Notes: a model not told the origin generated them from the letters alone. A stretch of DNA of 64,000 nt from Eledone cirrhosa (GCA_964016885.1 OZ024743.1:157914001-157978000); one strand, 5' to 3'. Counted from the stretch's first letter, positions 27,196-40,951 are shown. Translations and numbers: made by a program.

Positions 27196-27221
27196 CTGGA
27201 TGAAAATTTGACGCTTCGTCT

Positions 27222-27405
27222 ATTAGCAGTATCGGTAGAGGGTCGGATGCCATGCTTTACAGCATAGAGACATGGCCCTTTATGATCTGAGTTCAAATCC
27301 CACCGAGGTTAACTTTGCCTTTCATCCTTACGGGGTCGATAAAATAAAGTACCAGTAATAGCTGGAGTAATAGCTGGCCTTGTGCCAAAAGTAGGAACAA
27401 TTATT
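27222..27405 (+). mobile_element. SINE family A
   Basis: Full-length match to the family. Confidence 0.88.
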
Positions 27406-27536
27406 AATATTACACTCTGCTTAGTACAGCCCCTAAGTACATACTGGGGAGTACGCATCGATTGCTCACTTTGGCGAACTAACAGTAACTAGACGTTACA
27501 ATCCCTAAAACATATATATATATGTGTGTGTGTGTA

Positions 27537-27770
27537 GTGAAGGCGCATGGCTTAGTGGTTAGAGCATTCAGCTTGCAGTTGGGGGTTGTGAGTTCGATTC
27601 TCGGACAGGGTGATGCGTTGTGTCCTTGAGCAAGACGTTATATTTCACATTGCTCAAGTTTACTCAGCTGTAGAAATGAGTTGCGACTTCACTCGTGGAT
27701 AGTGGGGGCTGGTATGCATGGGTGACTGCTGGTCTTCAACAGACTTGTGCCTCGGAGGGAAACTTTCTAT
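27537..27770 (+). mobile_element. tRNA-derived CORE-type SINE, family C
   Basis: A-box TGGCTTAGTGG, B-box GAGTTCGATTC, and CORE-like TGTGTCCTTGAGCAAGAC...CTCAGCTGTAGAAATGAG. Confidence 0.75.
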
Positions 27771-27907
27771 AGAATACATGACAATCTGGAGAATACCTTC
27801 CTAGTTTCTCGAAGATTTCCGAAGCAGGTTGGTTTTACTTTGTTCGCCAGCGATCGGAATGTCAGTTAGGAAGGTTTATGACAGATTGCCATATATTTTA
27901 TATAATA

Positions 27908-28468
27908 CTAGCAGAATGGCCCGGCGTTGCTCGGGATTCTAAACATAGATTGGCATGTTTATCCCTCCTTTCTGAAACAGTTTCGTCGTATAATCCCCAA
28001 TTGATGCAGAAGTCCTAATAAAAAGTGAAGTCGCTTTGGGTGAATAGGCAAATAATTTTCCATTAAGATTTTTCAAAAGCATGTAATTGCGTTCCCTCTC
28101 TTTTTTATTGTTGTTTTTGCTGTTGTTGGTGTGATAGCGGCTGTTGGTCGTACTACTAACACAGTTTCGTCCTTCTTCAGCCAATGGTGTATATCCCCTT
28201 CTGCCTCGTCATCAATGAGAACAACATTTGCTCTACGGTTCTTATATATTTGATATATATTTATCGAGCCTCGTGAAATAAATACGTTTGTTTATATTTT
28301 GTTATTGTGTATGCAAAAATATCTGTACACAAATATATAATTATATATATATTAAAATAACAGATTAAAGTTTAAGCGAAGAATCGGTGCTTTCACTCTT
28401 AACGGGATCTTCTGAAGCTAAAAAAATCAATCTGTGAACGCAGAAGTAAATATTCGAAAAACGTTACA

Positions 28469-28535
<67 letters not shown>

Positions 28536-28784
28536 GAGATAGTTTCATATGTTGTAATGCAAACATACAGCCAGTCATACAGACAGATATTATAAGGGCA
28601 CGACGTTATAGCTATCTAATGCGGTCCCTAGGGCATTGAAAATTCGAAATATATTTTGCTCAAAGCACTCACACTACCATAAGTATTACATGTATAAAGT
28701 TTGAAAAAAAATCGGTTGGGAGATTCTCGAGTTTTAGGGAGTCAGACAGAGAGACAGCCATTCTCTGTTTTAGATATATATAGA
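27908..28784 (-). mobile_element. Non-autonomous Helitron
   Basis: Minus strand starts A|TCTATATATATC and ends with the hairpin CCCGAGCAACGCCGGG followed by CTAG|T. Inserted between A and T with no TSD. Confidence 0.8.
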
Positions 28785-29337
28785 TAGTATATTTACCGCT
28801 ATTACATATCACTTTCTTTAGTGATTACAACCACACGTTTAGACAACAATATATATATATATGTGCGGGGATGAAGGTGCGCGTTTGTTTATGTGCGTGT
28901 ATATATATAGTCTGATTTTACCTCTTTGGACCAGTTTCCTCAATTGATTCAACTTACTAATTCCATTAATCTTGCACTCATACTTCTCTACCCCTTACCC
29001 CTGTCACCTTTACTCCATCCGGTATCACGCGCGCACGCGTAAATTCACCCCCTAGGTTCCTATGGCTCTGTTATGGTCAGAAATATGCACCCTTACAGCT
29101 CATACAGACCAACAAAAAAGGCACAAACACCTCTATATTTACCTCCAAAGCTCTGTACACACACATACACACCCTTATATATACACACATTCGCTCACAG
29201 CTTCGCATTAACAAACACACACACATCACACACACGTACAGCTTTATATACAAAACGACTTTTTCACCTTTCAGAGAGACGCGTTCGATCACCACGTTTT
29301 CAAAAAAGTATATTATACCTCAACAGTTTTCCAAAAG

Positions 29338-29450
29338 ATGGCAACGTGAATGGCCCTGTTATTTTTCTCTAATTTTTTTTTTTTTTTTCGATTCCATCCA
29401 AAACATGGCAACGTGAATGGATCTGTTATTTTTCTCTAATTTTTTTTTTT
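29338..29450. repeat. Two-copy tandem duplication of about 68 bp
   Basis: ATGGCAACGTGAATGG...TGTTATTTTTCTCTAATTTTTTTT occurs twice. Confidence 0.8.
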
Positions 29451-29510
29451 CTGAATCCGTTCTGCCCGTCTCTTCAATCTTTCTATGTTTTTTAATTTAA
29501 TTTCTCATTC

Positions 29511-29551
29511 TATCTTCTGATGAAGGACTAGCGTCCGAATCGTTATGACTC
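29511..29551 (+). ncRNA. Degenerate minimal hammerhead (Penelope pLTR style)
   Basis: CTGATGA-A-GGAC-tagc-GTCC-GAAT-CGTTA; one core change (GAAA to GAAT). Confidence 0.5.
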
Positions 29552-29637
29552 TTTTTCCTACAATATCAAGCGTAAAACTAATAATATATTTCTTCATTGC
29601 ACTGTGTCGTTTGCTTTGTTATTTCTCTTTGCTTTTT

Positions 29638-29757
<120 letters not shown>

Positions 29758-30463
29758 CTATACATCTGACAATAATGTGCGTGTATGTGCAACGGCTATT
29801 AATACGATTACAAATAAGACTTTTAAAATTAAAACTAGTTTATCTAATAAAACTTCTTGTCTTTTGGCGCTTTTAATTTTAGTTTGTTTTTGTTATTTTT
29901 TTAACTACTAAGTACACTCGGAAAAACTAAAATCAAAATATATTTTTCCGCTAATCGCATGGATAAGAATTAACAAATGAATAAGACTCCGCTAATTTAA
30001 ATGTTTTTATTTATAACATGATTTACTTCTGTGCAAAGTAGAATATTTACTAACCTGTGTTAGTATTGATCTCAGCTGGTGCCGAATCCAGTAGAGCTGG
30101 CTAGCGAGTGTGTGTGTCTGTGTGTGTGAGTGTTACATTGCTAAGCAGATCAAATAAACTGTATGTTGCAAAGTCGAAACCAGACTATATTTTTCGGAAT
30201 CGAAAAACAGAATGTTTCTGGTCGAAATCTCTTTTATATTTAAGATTTAGGTCGTCCAGACACATTTAACAGATGATCTTTTCAACTGTCATCTTTTGGG
30301 ACACTCTGGTGCCGTGAGCTCCCTAGATGAGAATATTATCTAGGTTTTGGGCTTTGAGGTCACAGGTGCTTGTTTGTGACAGGCTAAGAAAACCATTGTG
30401 GGGAAAATATGTTGAGATTTCACTACACATACACACACACGTATGCACACACCCATACATATA

Positions 30464-30846
30464 TACACCTGAAAAATGCGCAAGCTCAAAAGATCCACAG
30501 AATGTTATAATAAACCTTCAAAAGTGTGGGACTAGGGTTGTTGCTCAAAAATATTGTAATCATTATCTATCGTACACTCTGTGGCATCCTTTTATAAAAA
30601 AGAGACTCATAACGAACTCGAGACGACACGATAATTATTTAAGCTAATGTTCAATATCTCATATTAGATGTTTAGTAATGATTAATACGAAATGCACTTA
30701 AACCGAATTCTATATTATAAATTCACTTAAATAATTATCGTGTCGTCTTAAGTTCGTTATGAGTCTCTTTTTGAGCAACAACTCTAGTCCCACACTTTAT
30801 TATAATATTCTGTGGCTCTTTTGAGCTGGCGCATTTTTCAGGTCTA
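30464..30846. mobile_element. MITE/foldback element with long terminal inverted repeats, flanked by TA
   Basis: CCTGAAAAATGCGC.AGCTCAAAAGA.CCACAGAAT... (30464-30642) is the reverse complement of 30726-30846, with indels in the left arm. Confidence 0.75.
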
Positions 30847-31589
30847 GTTTAATATTTTTAAGGTAACGCTTGTAATAACTCTAGTTAAACATGATATATA
30901 TTAATAATAAATTATCGTTGTAATGTAATTAGATTATATAATTGTTATTTTATAAATGATCTTATAAATATTATTGTAAGATGTATAAAAATATTTTCAG
31001 ACTTTTAATATAAACAACTACAAAAAACAATCAATATTAAATAAATATATTTTACATAATAATTGTTATAGTTGAATTAATAAAAATTAAATATTACATA
31101 CAAATAGTCTAACATAATAATAAAAAAAATAATCTAACATAATAATAATAAAATAATCTAACATAAAACGATCAATAATATAGACAAATATACAAGTAAA
31201 TATGATACAACCAATATTATAAGCATGTTATAAAGAACTGAAAGAAAAATAGTTAATATAAATTTTAAAAATCATATATAAATTAACAATATAACTTACC
31301 AAAACGAGAAAATATTTTGATGATAAACGACAAAATAGAGGAGGAAGATTCGAAAGCGAAACGATAAATAAACGTGCAAACAAAATGGCGGATGCTTTTG
31401 AGCAACAATTACTCTCGTTGGTTGATTAGCCAATAAGACGATACATTACAAAACATGTTTGGCAGCGATCATCAACACAGCCAGCGACACCCCTTGAATT
31501 TTTTATTCACAAGCTACGCATATATGTCAGACACGCAGACTTAAAACATTCTGTTGTTAGTCACTGCGAGTCTAGCAGATATACATATA

Positions 31590-32167
31590 TGTAGCGAAAT
31601 CTATCCACACATTGACCCCCCCCCCCCCCCTCAAGTGACATCCGACGGTCATTTTCTAGGTTATCTCATTTTGGCGTCAGTTGTAGCAGATCATTTTAAG
31701 GTGAAGGGAGATAGGTTCAATTTTAGTTAGTTGAATGGGAACTTTCCGTAAACACGGCAGTCTGCTCTGATCTCCGACGAGAGACGCATGTGGTCTGCCC
31801 ATCAAGCCACTAACAAGATGTAACCCTTGGCTAAAATATCTCTCTGGCCTGCCTGCAGACAGGGTCACAAGAAATAACAGCCAGACACATCTATAAGGCA
31901 TGTTACCTTGTATCGCTGCACACATGCATTCATCAGACCCAAACATATCTCACGCACTTTCTTCGCGTACACAATTTTCTCCTCGTTGTTTGTTGTTCAT
32001 ATCTTTTGGCTATACCAAAATGTTAACTCAAGTGTTTCCGTCGTGAAATACTCATTAATAAATTATATATAAATGTAGCGGGAGTTTTCGTTCTTCTTCC
32101 ATAGCCCTAGCGGTGTGATCGGCGAAAACCACTTTCCCCATGATATAAAACATATTCGCTTTCCACA
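31590..32167 (+). mobile_element. Possible solo LTR
   Basis: TGTAGCGAA...TTCGCTTTCCACA termini and AATAAA near 32057. Shares its start and CATTAATAAA.TTAT...GTAGCGG with 32911-33500. Confidence 0.4.
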
Positions 32168-32283
32168 GATGTACACATTGGTTAAATATCACAATTATCT
32201 ACAGCCAATATCCATCATCATTCATTCTCCTACCAGGGTAAGAACTTCAACACACAATCACACACACAAACACACGCATATAT

Positions 32284-32462
<179 letters not shown>

Positions 32463-32537
32463 TACCCACTCTACTACCCTAAGTATTAATTACTTTGGTG
32501 CGTTATGGTTCACCTGGTTCCTTACCACATTTTTCCG

Positions 32538-32606
<69 letters not shown>

Positions 32607-32910
32607 TAACTATTGCACAAGAAAAATATAAACGTCAGCGTGAAGGAGATTAGGAATTTATTTGCTTTAACATATGTTTATGTGTCTATTATAATCGTCT
32701 ACATATGCTGACTACACTATATATTGTTCACTCATATGCAATACTTAATTATTTATCCCACTTCATCAGAAAACCTATAATAGTGGAAGTGACTATTCAC
32801 CACGTGGTAGAATTCAGCAATATATATATATATAAAATTATTATATATAGTATATATACAGTATTGTATATATACATATTACATATGTGGGGGGGGGGGC
32901 GTGTGTAATA

Positions 32911-33500
32911 TGTAGCGAATTTAAGAGATTTGAAGGTTTGTTTCTCGGTTGGTTAAATAAACCATTTCGACCACACACGCTGACCTTTTGTCCTCATAGA
33001 TAAACGATTTCTCAACGAAGTTGACTTCCTTTCTTTTGGGACTTGTGTCACATTATTGTCTAGACCTAGACGAATAGTTTTCTTGGGGCCACCTGCTTAT
33101 CGTCAAGGATAACAGTCTGTCCTCCGCTGTCCAGGCCAGTCGCTTCAGTTCACGAAAGACATCAGAATGATACAGCAGTCAAGAAACTCTCTCCGACTCA
33201 CTGTGCTTCAGTCACTTTCGACCAGGGAGTTAAGACAGCCATTTAATACCAACAAACGTTAATTGCATACAACTTTTAAGACTACTACTACAAGCATCTC
33301 CACCAAACCATCACACAAACATAATACACAATTTTACAGCGACTCTTTTTGTTTTCCTATGTTATTACAATAACTTCGAAGCAAGTTATTCATTAATAAA
33401 ATTATTAAAGTAGCGGCTTTTGTTTATTGTTGATTCACTACTGGCTATGGCAACCAACTATCTCGACTCACTGAGACACACACATATCTCCCCCCAGACA
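32911..33500 (+). mobile_element. Possible solo LTR, related to 31590-32167
   Basis: Starts TGTAGCGAA, has the shared polyA-signal context, and ends ...CA. Confidence 0.35.
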
Positions 33501-33704
33501 ATGAACAACTGACCGATTTAACAAATTACATATTGTATTCATATTTTACTCACAACATTGTTAGAACTCAATGTGTCCTTGGAAAGATGGTTGCAGCGAG
33601 ATTAGCTGGTGTGACCAGTAGTTTTTGTAGTAGGTGACCACCGCTTAAGGTTTCCTCAAAGAAAATACGCCCTGGTTACTGATTCGGTTATATATATATG
33701 TGTG

Positions 33705-33960
33705 TGTTTGTGTATAGAACAATGAAAATAAGACAGAAGTCAGAGGTAGGTGGTTAATTAGTTCATTGTTTTACAATCGTTTCAGACGGTCGATTGATTG
33801 TGGAAGATGGATATATTGACTTGCATGGTAGTGGTTAGTTTACTATCTATTTCTAGTCTCGAAATTCCTGTTCGACCCTTTGAAACGATCGTAAAAAAAT
33901 GAACTAATTAACTACTTACCCCTAACTTCCGTCTTGTTTTCATTGGTCTATACACAAACA
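33705..33960. mobile_element. Inverted-repeat element (arms about 88 bp), related to 58139-58510
   Basis: 33705-33793 pairs with 33872-33960. Shares TTCATTGTTTTACRATCGTTTCRGA.GG with 58202-58229. Confidence 0.75.
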
Positions 33961-33969
33961 TGCGCACGT

Positions 33970-34090
<121 letters not shown>

Positions 34091-34486
34091 TAGATAGATA
34101 GATATAACCATGTGTGCTAAATGCAAATATATATATATATATATACATACATATAGTTATATTGTGTTCGTTCAGCATGACCAGTTTCCCGCCTTATGAG
34201 AAACGACTGGTAGTTACTTGGATGCGAAGATTATGTATATGATTGAGAAAGCTAAGAACAATCTGTGATAAGTGCTAGCGAGATTAGGTAACGATGTGAA
34301 AGAATGAAGTGGAGAAAAATAGAGAATGAGAGAGAATGGCGTGGAAATGACAGGAAAAAACAGGTGGAGGGGAAAGAAAAAAAAATGATGGAAGAGGACT
34401 TGTGGGTCGGTACGAGAAATAATATTGTTCGTAGAATAATAGTGGGTGGAAATAACAACAACAATAATAATAATAATAATAATAAT

Positions 34487-34563
34487 TGTTTCTACTTTAG
34501 GCACAAGGCCAGCAATAACCCAGTGCATTACTGGTACTTTATTTTATTGACCCCGTAAGGATG
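34487..34563 (-). mobile_element. SINE family A, 3' part
   Basis: Reverse-complement match, embedded in (AAT)n. Confidence 0.85.
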
Positions 34564-34599
34564 TCGGGGTCGATATAATAATAATAATAATAATAATAA

Positions 34600-35123
34600 T
34601 GTGCAAAGTAAACAATTTACCACATTCTGAGAAATGGTATGAGCATAAGCCAGAGTCCGTGATAGAAAACGATCAGGTGAAGGTGCTGTGGGATTTTAGG
34701 ATACAGACGGACAAGAAACTGGAACACAATAGACCTGACCTGGTGGTTCTGGACAAAGAAAAAAGAGCGTGTCTGATTGTGGATGTGGCCTGCCCGTTCG
34801 ACACGAGAGTGCAAGAGGAGGAGAGGGAGAAAATTAACCGATACCAGGACTTAAAGTGGGAGGTAAAAAGGATTTGGAAATGCCATGAAGTCAAAGTGAT
34901 CCCGATTGTCATAGGCGCACTGGGGACTATCTCCAAAAGTTTCCAGGGATGGTTAAAGAAAATCGGCCCCTTCACGCTTTTTGGGACGCTTCAAAAGGCA
35001 TGCTTGCTGGGAACAGCAAGAACCCTCCGATACGTCCTGAATATCTGAGGCTGCAGGTAGTGGCTTGATATTCATTCCAACGGACTTTCCAGTTAACTAA
35101 CATCAATGACTGAGATTCAAGGA

Positions 35124-35125
<2 letters not shown>
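34600..35125 (+). mobile_element. R4/Dong LINE 3' fragment (RLE domain + 3' UTR) with (AAT)n on both sides
   Basis: ORF 34599-35048 reads WDFRIQTD..RPDLV..IVDVACP..KI.RY.DL and is near-identical to the end of 42467-45058. Confidence 0.92.
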
Positions 35126-35160
<35 letters not shown>

Positions 35161-35407
35161 TTTCTTTATTAACCACAAGGGTTTACATAAAGTAGACATT
35201 AAGGACAGTACAGGACAATACAGGACGATACAAATGGGCATTTCTGCGTGTAAAAACTAAAACAGAGGATGTAACAAAAAATAACAATGAAAAATTCCCC
35301 AATAGGGGGGAGACTTCGGAGGGACATTTGTGGAGAAAGCCCAGTAAAAGGCCACAGTGACCCTGACCACCAAGGCAAGTGCCCTCTCCCAGTTTTCCAC
35401 CTTTAAT

Positions 35408-38400
35408 TTACAGATATATACTCAGAGTAGGCCCATTCACTCGGGCCATTCTTGCTTCTCTCACCCATCTTTCAACAAAATGCTGGGAAGAGAGCACTTC
35501 CCTCTCTACTCTGATTTTCCTTTTCAAATGAAATTTGAAAAAGTCAATCAGAGCATCACCGAAGAGGTAAATGCTCGTCTTCAGCCCTTTCAAACGTGTC
35601 CACCATACTATCTCTTTCGCCATGGCCACCAGACAGATAAAAACTGCCTGCCCTTCCCGGCTAAAGGAGGAGGGCGGGGCAATCCTCACGATGGACTCGG
35701 ATGATAGCCGGATCCGTCCTATACGCGACAGCAGGTGTTCGACATAAACCCACAAGTCAGCAATGCTCGGACACTGGACGAGTGCGTGCAGGACGGTTTC
35801 GTCGCCCTGCTCGCATCTCGGACATGCCCAGCTGACGGCACCTCCATGCCTGTAGAGTTTATCCCGAACTGGCAAAGCTGCTCGGTAGCACTGCCAGGCC
35901 AGAGATTTCTGGAAGTTGTCCATAGGCCCTGGCCCGAAAGTTCTTCCGAAGAGATTGGCTAGTTGATTTTCGTCGACGCCTAGAGTTTCCCCAAGTACGT
36001 CGTCGCTCTTCCCCTCCACTAATCCTCTATAGAACGCCGAGGTGGAGTTTCCACCGATCACATTGCCCGATTGGTCGAGGGCTGTGAGCCCCTGAAGATA
36101 TTCCAGTCTCCAGGCGCTCGCTCTCGGTCTTCGCTTGACCCAGGACTGCAGCTCCGTCAAGGAAACGAGCTGGGGAAATACGTGTCTAGCAAACGGCGAC
36201 CACACCTGATCACCTTCGAGGAAGAGGTGGAGATGTCGTAGCCTGAGCGCGTGCCTGCGCATCATCAGCCACGGCATGCCCAGCTGTATTGACAACAGAT
36301 GGACCGCCTGACCATCGGAGCGCGTCCCTTCCACAAAAAGCGAAAGAGCAAACGCTCCAGCGCAGTCAGGCGAGGCTTAGGACAAGGTACGACGGTCAGG
36401 CGGTAGCAGATGACAGACGCGATGTACGCGTTAGCCACCTCCGCTCGACCTTTCAGGGATAGCTTCCTCTCCGCCCATTTCTGGGTTAGAGAAGCCACCC
36501 TGCTCGTCACCTCGTCCCAGTTTCTGTCCGTCTGGAGGTCCGGACTGAACCAGACCCCTAGCAATTTAACCGGTCCGTCCGTCCAGCGTCCGACGACGCT
36601 GTTGGACGGCATGGACCTGCCTCTCCAGGTGCCGAGCTGCAGGCCCACTGACTTTTCCTGGTTGATCATTGCTCCTGTCATCGCTTCGTATTCTCTTAGT
36701 GTAGTGCCGATCGCCTCGATGTGTTTGGCGTTCGACACCACTACGGTGACATCGTCCGCATATGCTGACACGGATTATCCGCATCCTAGTTCGCGCGGGA
36801 CGCCCCTCAACGTCTCCAGTTTGTGCAGTAATGGCTCGAGAGTCAATACGTACAAGAGGGACGAGAGGGGACATCCTTGGCGGACCGAGCGCATGATGTT
36901 GAACGGTTCCGACAGGTGACCGTTCACTCTCACCACAGAGCAGATGTCGCTGTGCATGGCAGCGATCCAGCCTCTGAAGACGGGCCCAAAGCCAGCCGCC
37001 CTCAGGACTGCCGCTAGGTAACGATGGTCTAGCCTATCGAAAGCTTTCGACTGATCTAAATTGATCAAGGACCCACCCGTGCCAGGTTCCCTAGCTACCC
37101 TCTCTACGATGTATCGCATGAGGTGGAGGTTGTCGTGGATGGATCTGTTGGGAATGGCGCATGTCTGCGCCTCTCCCACCAGACCACCAACGACAAGCGC
37201 CAACCTCTTTGCTAGTACCTTGGCCAAAATCTTGAACTCTGTGTTTAGCAGAGTTATGGGTCGGAAATTATCTATGTTATCCCCCTTGTTCGGATCCTTT
37301 CTCAGCAGCGCCACCGCTCCTCGGCTCACAGAACTGGGAATTCTCCCGTTCTGTTGCCAGTTGCAGTAGACGTCCGCCAAGAGGCCTCCGAACAAGTCTG
37401 GCATCTGTACGTAAAGTTCATAGGGCAGACCATCCAAACCAGGCTATTTACCCCTTGTGCAGCCAGTCATTGCCTCCCTTACTTCAGCGGCTGTTATCGG
37501 CTTTTCGCAACACTTCGCCTCAGTGGCCGAGAGCCGCGGCAGTCCGTCGAGGTAGACACTAAAGTCCATCCCTCGAGCCGGCCCACCGCTGCCTCCGAAC
37601 AGCTGAGCGAAGTGTCGCTGAAAAGCTTCACACATTTGCCCGGGATCGAGTAGCATGCGCCCGTCGTGGTCCACCAAAGGCCGGATCGTGGCTTTGTTGC
37701 CACGACGCGCCTCCGCCACTCGGGCCCATTGAACGGCTTTCGTCCCCTCGTGTCTGAGAGCACGCACCCTTGCTCTGACAACGCAGCCTTCGTGCTTTGC
37801 ATTGAAGAATTGGTCAAGGGCCAATTTCGCCGCAAGCACGTCGGTCGCAATGCCTTTGCTAAGCGCCTCGTCTAATTTTCTAACTAGTTCTCCCTCTGCT
37901 CTATTTTTCTCTATTGCTAAAGCCTTACTAAACCTAATCGATTCTATTCTAATCGCTCTTTTCAGAGCAAACCACCACTTGTTGTTGACGATGGCCCCCG
38001 TCAACGCCCGCTTAACTAGTTCGCTAATCCGGTCTCTGTAGGCCTTGCGCGCTGGTAAGGACGCGTTTAGCTTCCAGTAGCCGGGTCCTCGTCTATGAAG
38101 CCTATCTAAGTCAAGCACACAGATCACGAATTTGTAGTCCGTGTAGCTGACTACCTTGAATTGTGGACAGCCTATGCTAGACCTATCTATTTCCCTACAA
38201 AATACTCTATCTAGATATGATCTGGATGACCCTATGCGATTTATCCAAGTCCACATTGGCACATTCGGGAAATCCAATCGGTACCTGTCAGACAGTTCAA
38301 AACGCCTGAGCAGGTTGGTGAGGCTCTTGCACCCTCCACCCCTATCCGCTAATCCCACACAGTCCCAGCGTGCATCTAAGATCCCGTTCCAGTCGCCCAC

Positions 38401-38815
38401 TAACACTAAAGAGCGGGACATTCCAAGAAAGGTCTCCAGACGCCGGAAGAAATCAGGCCGCCCTGCTCCTGTCGGGGCATAGACGGCCACTAGCCTGAAA
38501 GCTTGCCCGTCTCCGCTGGTCACGTCCAGCACCACCAACTTACCCTCTGGGTCCAGGAAGATGGCCCGTATGGCGAGATCCAAACCTCTCCGAAAAAGCA
38601 CAGCAACTCCTCACCCCGATCCAGGACGGCTGGGAGATGCGTACACATCGTAGCCGCCGAAGATCGGTGCGAAGGCTCGTGCTTCGGAGATTCTGATCTC
38701 GCTGATGGCCACTACATCTATGTTTAGTGACCTGAGGTCGTTGAGCAGGTGACCCTGCTTCCATATACGACCCCAAGCCACGCGCATTTATGCTGCCTAT
38801 TCTGAGTGAGGTCAT
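35408..38815 (-). pseudogene. Tx1 ORF2 (APE endonuclease + RT + C-terminal zinc knuckle), disrupted
   Basis: Motifs SINARGL, VYAP, GDWN, YLDRVF; NFRPITLLN, LDQSKAFDR, RQGCPLS, AYADDV; CPRC...ETVLHALVQC. Frameshift near 38765, stops at 37444 and 36775, and a deletion near 36290. Confidence 0.9.
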
Positions 38816-38850
38816 GTTTAAAATAGAGTGGAAAAGATGGGAAAGACCAC

Positions 38851-40951
38851 TTACCGTACTTTTCGTAGAGGAGGGATGGTTTTTCCATCCCTTTTCCCTT
38901 GATTGTCTGGTGAAGGGACCGTTGAATCGTCCCTTCGGCTGGTCGTCGGCTCTTCTATGAGTATGTACGAATATACTCTTCGGTTGATAGTTCCTCCTAG
39001 GTCTCTGAAATCACCAACTGCGTTGGGGAATTCCGTTTTAATGTTTGTGTATTGTTTCTGTGCTATTTTTAGTAGTCTTATGTTAGTTGGCGTTTTGATT
39101 GGTGCTGGTATTATGTAGTCGTGTTGTGAAATGTCTGTGTGTTCAATTATGTAAGTCATTAGTTTCTTGTTGTGTGTATTTATTGCCGTGCATTTGTTTT
39201 TCTGGGTGTGGGGTGTGGTTCTGCTATTTTCTTGTCGTTGTTGCTGGGTGTGTGTGTTTTGTTGTTGTGTTTGCGATGTTGGTGCTTGTGGTGGTGGTGT
39301 TGAAGGTGTTGTTGGCGGTGGGGTTGTCGCCGGTGGTGATGGTGGTGCTAGTGTAGGTGGTGATGGTGTTAGTGGTGTTGTTGCTGTGAGCCTCTTTGCA
39401 GTAGACTTTACCCTTTTTTCATTTCTTTCCTCTTTTTTCAAAGGCGATGATGCGCTGCTTCTGCGTTTGTGCCTTCTTACGACCTTTTGCCATCCCTCTC
39501 CCACCTCACACTCCATGTCTGATTCTGTGAGGTCGGGGTGGGGTATCAGCTCCACTCTTTCACTTGTTGTTGGTGGTGATGTTTGCACTGGAGTCTCTGT
39601 TGCAGCTGCATTTGGTATTGCTGTTGTTGTTAAGACTTCCACTGTTGCTGCTGTTTTTGATTTCCATGGCGTGGGTATGGGTGCCACGGACCTATCGTTC
39701 CTGGTTGCCGCTTGTCCTGTTGCTGGTAGCCGTGGAGCCGGTTTCGGAAGGAGGGGGGTTTTCTCCTTTCTCTGGGTCTTCTCGTTGCAGAAGGCCCTGA
39801 GGTGAGTCTTCGATCCACAGCGAAAGCATTTCGGGCGTTTGCCCTCAACACTTCTGGGCAGTTGAGTGCCGTTATCGAAGTCTATCACATCCGGGATAGC
39901 TTCGATGCACTCCTGGTTGGTTTGGATTAACATCTCAATGGAGGTGCCGACCCAATCTTCTCTTACGTTTTTCTGTACTTGCAGTACAGTTGTTTTGTCC
40001 TCGATTCCGACGAGGACAGACGCGGCCAGCCAAGAAGGGGCCATCCCGGGGGGGGGGGACGTGGGTCAGTTTGACCCTCACAATTTTTTGCCCGCAGTAG
40101 GAGGGCACCAACACCATTTCCTCGCTCCTTAGGGTCACTACGGATTGAGCCTTTGTTTCCTGGGGTGTGGCAAAAAGCACGTCTACGGTGGCATATTTCT
40201 TGCCTCAGGTGATGTGCGTTTTCCGCTGCCACACAGACCACAAGGCTTTTTGTATTTGAGCCTCTGTGGCTCTTTCAACCCTACGGGATTTTGTACTTAC
40301 TGTACGGTACGTGACCGTACAGTGCTGTTGGGTTTCGAAACATTTTTCGGCTGCCTTGCAGATTGCTCGGTGTCCAGTTTTTGTCACCATCTCCTTCGCT
40401 TCCTCTAATTCCTCATTTGTTATGAGGATTGTTTCCAGGTTCTTCGCGATACCTGCAAACGAGATTGGTTTTTCTTTGCTGCTGTTGTTGTTGTTGTTGT
40501 CGTCAGAGCTGCTGTTACTTTTGTTGTTGCTGCAGGTACTACGACTACTGCCGCCGCCGCTGTTGCTGTGGTTGTTGTTGTTGTTGCTGCTGCTAATGCT
40601 GTTGTTGTTTATGCTACTGCTGATGCTGTTGCGGCTGCTACTGTTGTTTTCATTGTCACTGTTGCTGTTGTTATTACGGCTGCTACTGCTATTATTCCTG
40701 ACGTCAGACGAATGAAATGGGCTTTCGTATTTCCCGCACACCTGTTTCGTCGTTGTCGTCGTGGAGAAATCTTGCACGCTTTGCACGAGACTTTTCTTTT
40801 CTGTCGTCGCTTGCGAAAGAGAAGGGAGGGAGAGAGACACATTTAAAGAGGGGAGGGAGAGAGACAATCTTCTCTCTGCTGTAGTGGCGATTGAGGAAGA
40901 AGTAGACGGAATGAGTGGGAGTGACCTATGAAAATTCTTTTTCGTAGCCAT
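38851..40951 (-). pseudogene. Tx1 ORF1 (gag-like, CCHC knuckle), disrupted
   Basis: CFRCGSKTHLRAFC knuckle, with Asn/Ser and Pro/Thr tracts. Stop at 40205 (CGA in the 3.6-kb copy) and a frameshift in the G-run near 40050. Confidence 0.85.
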
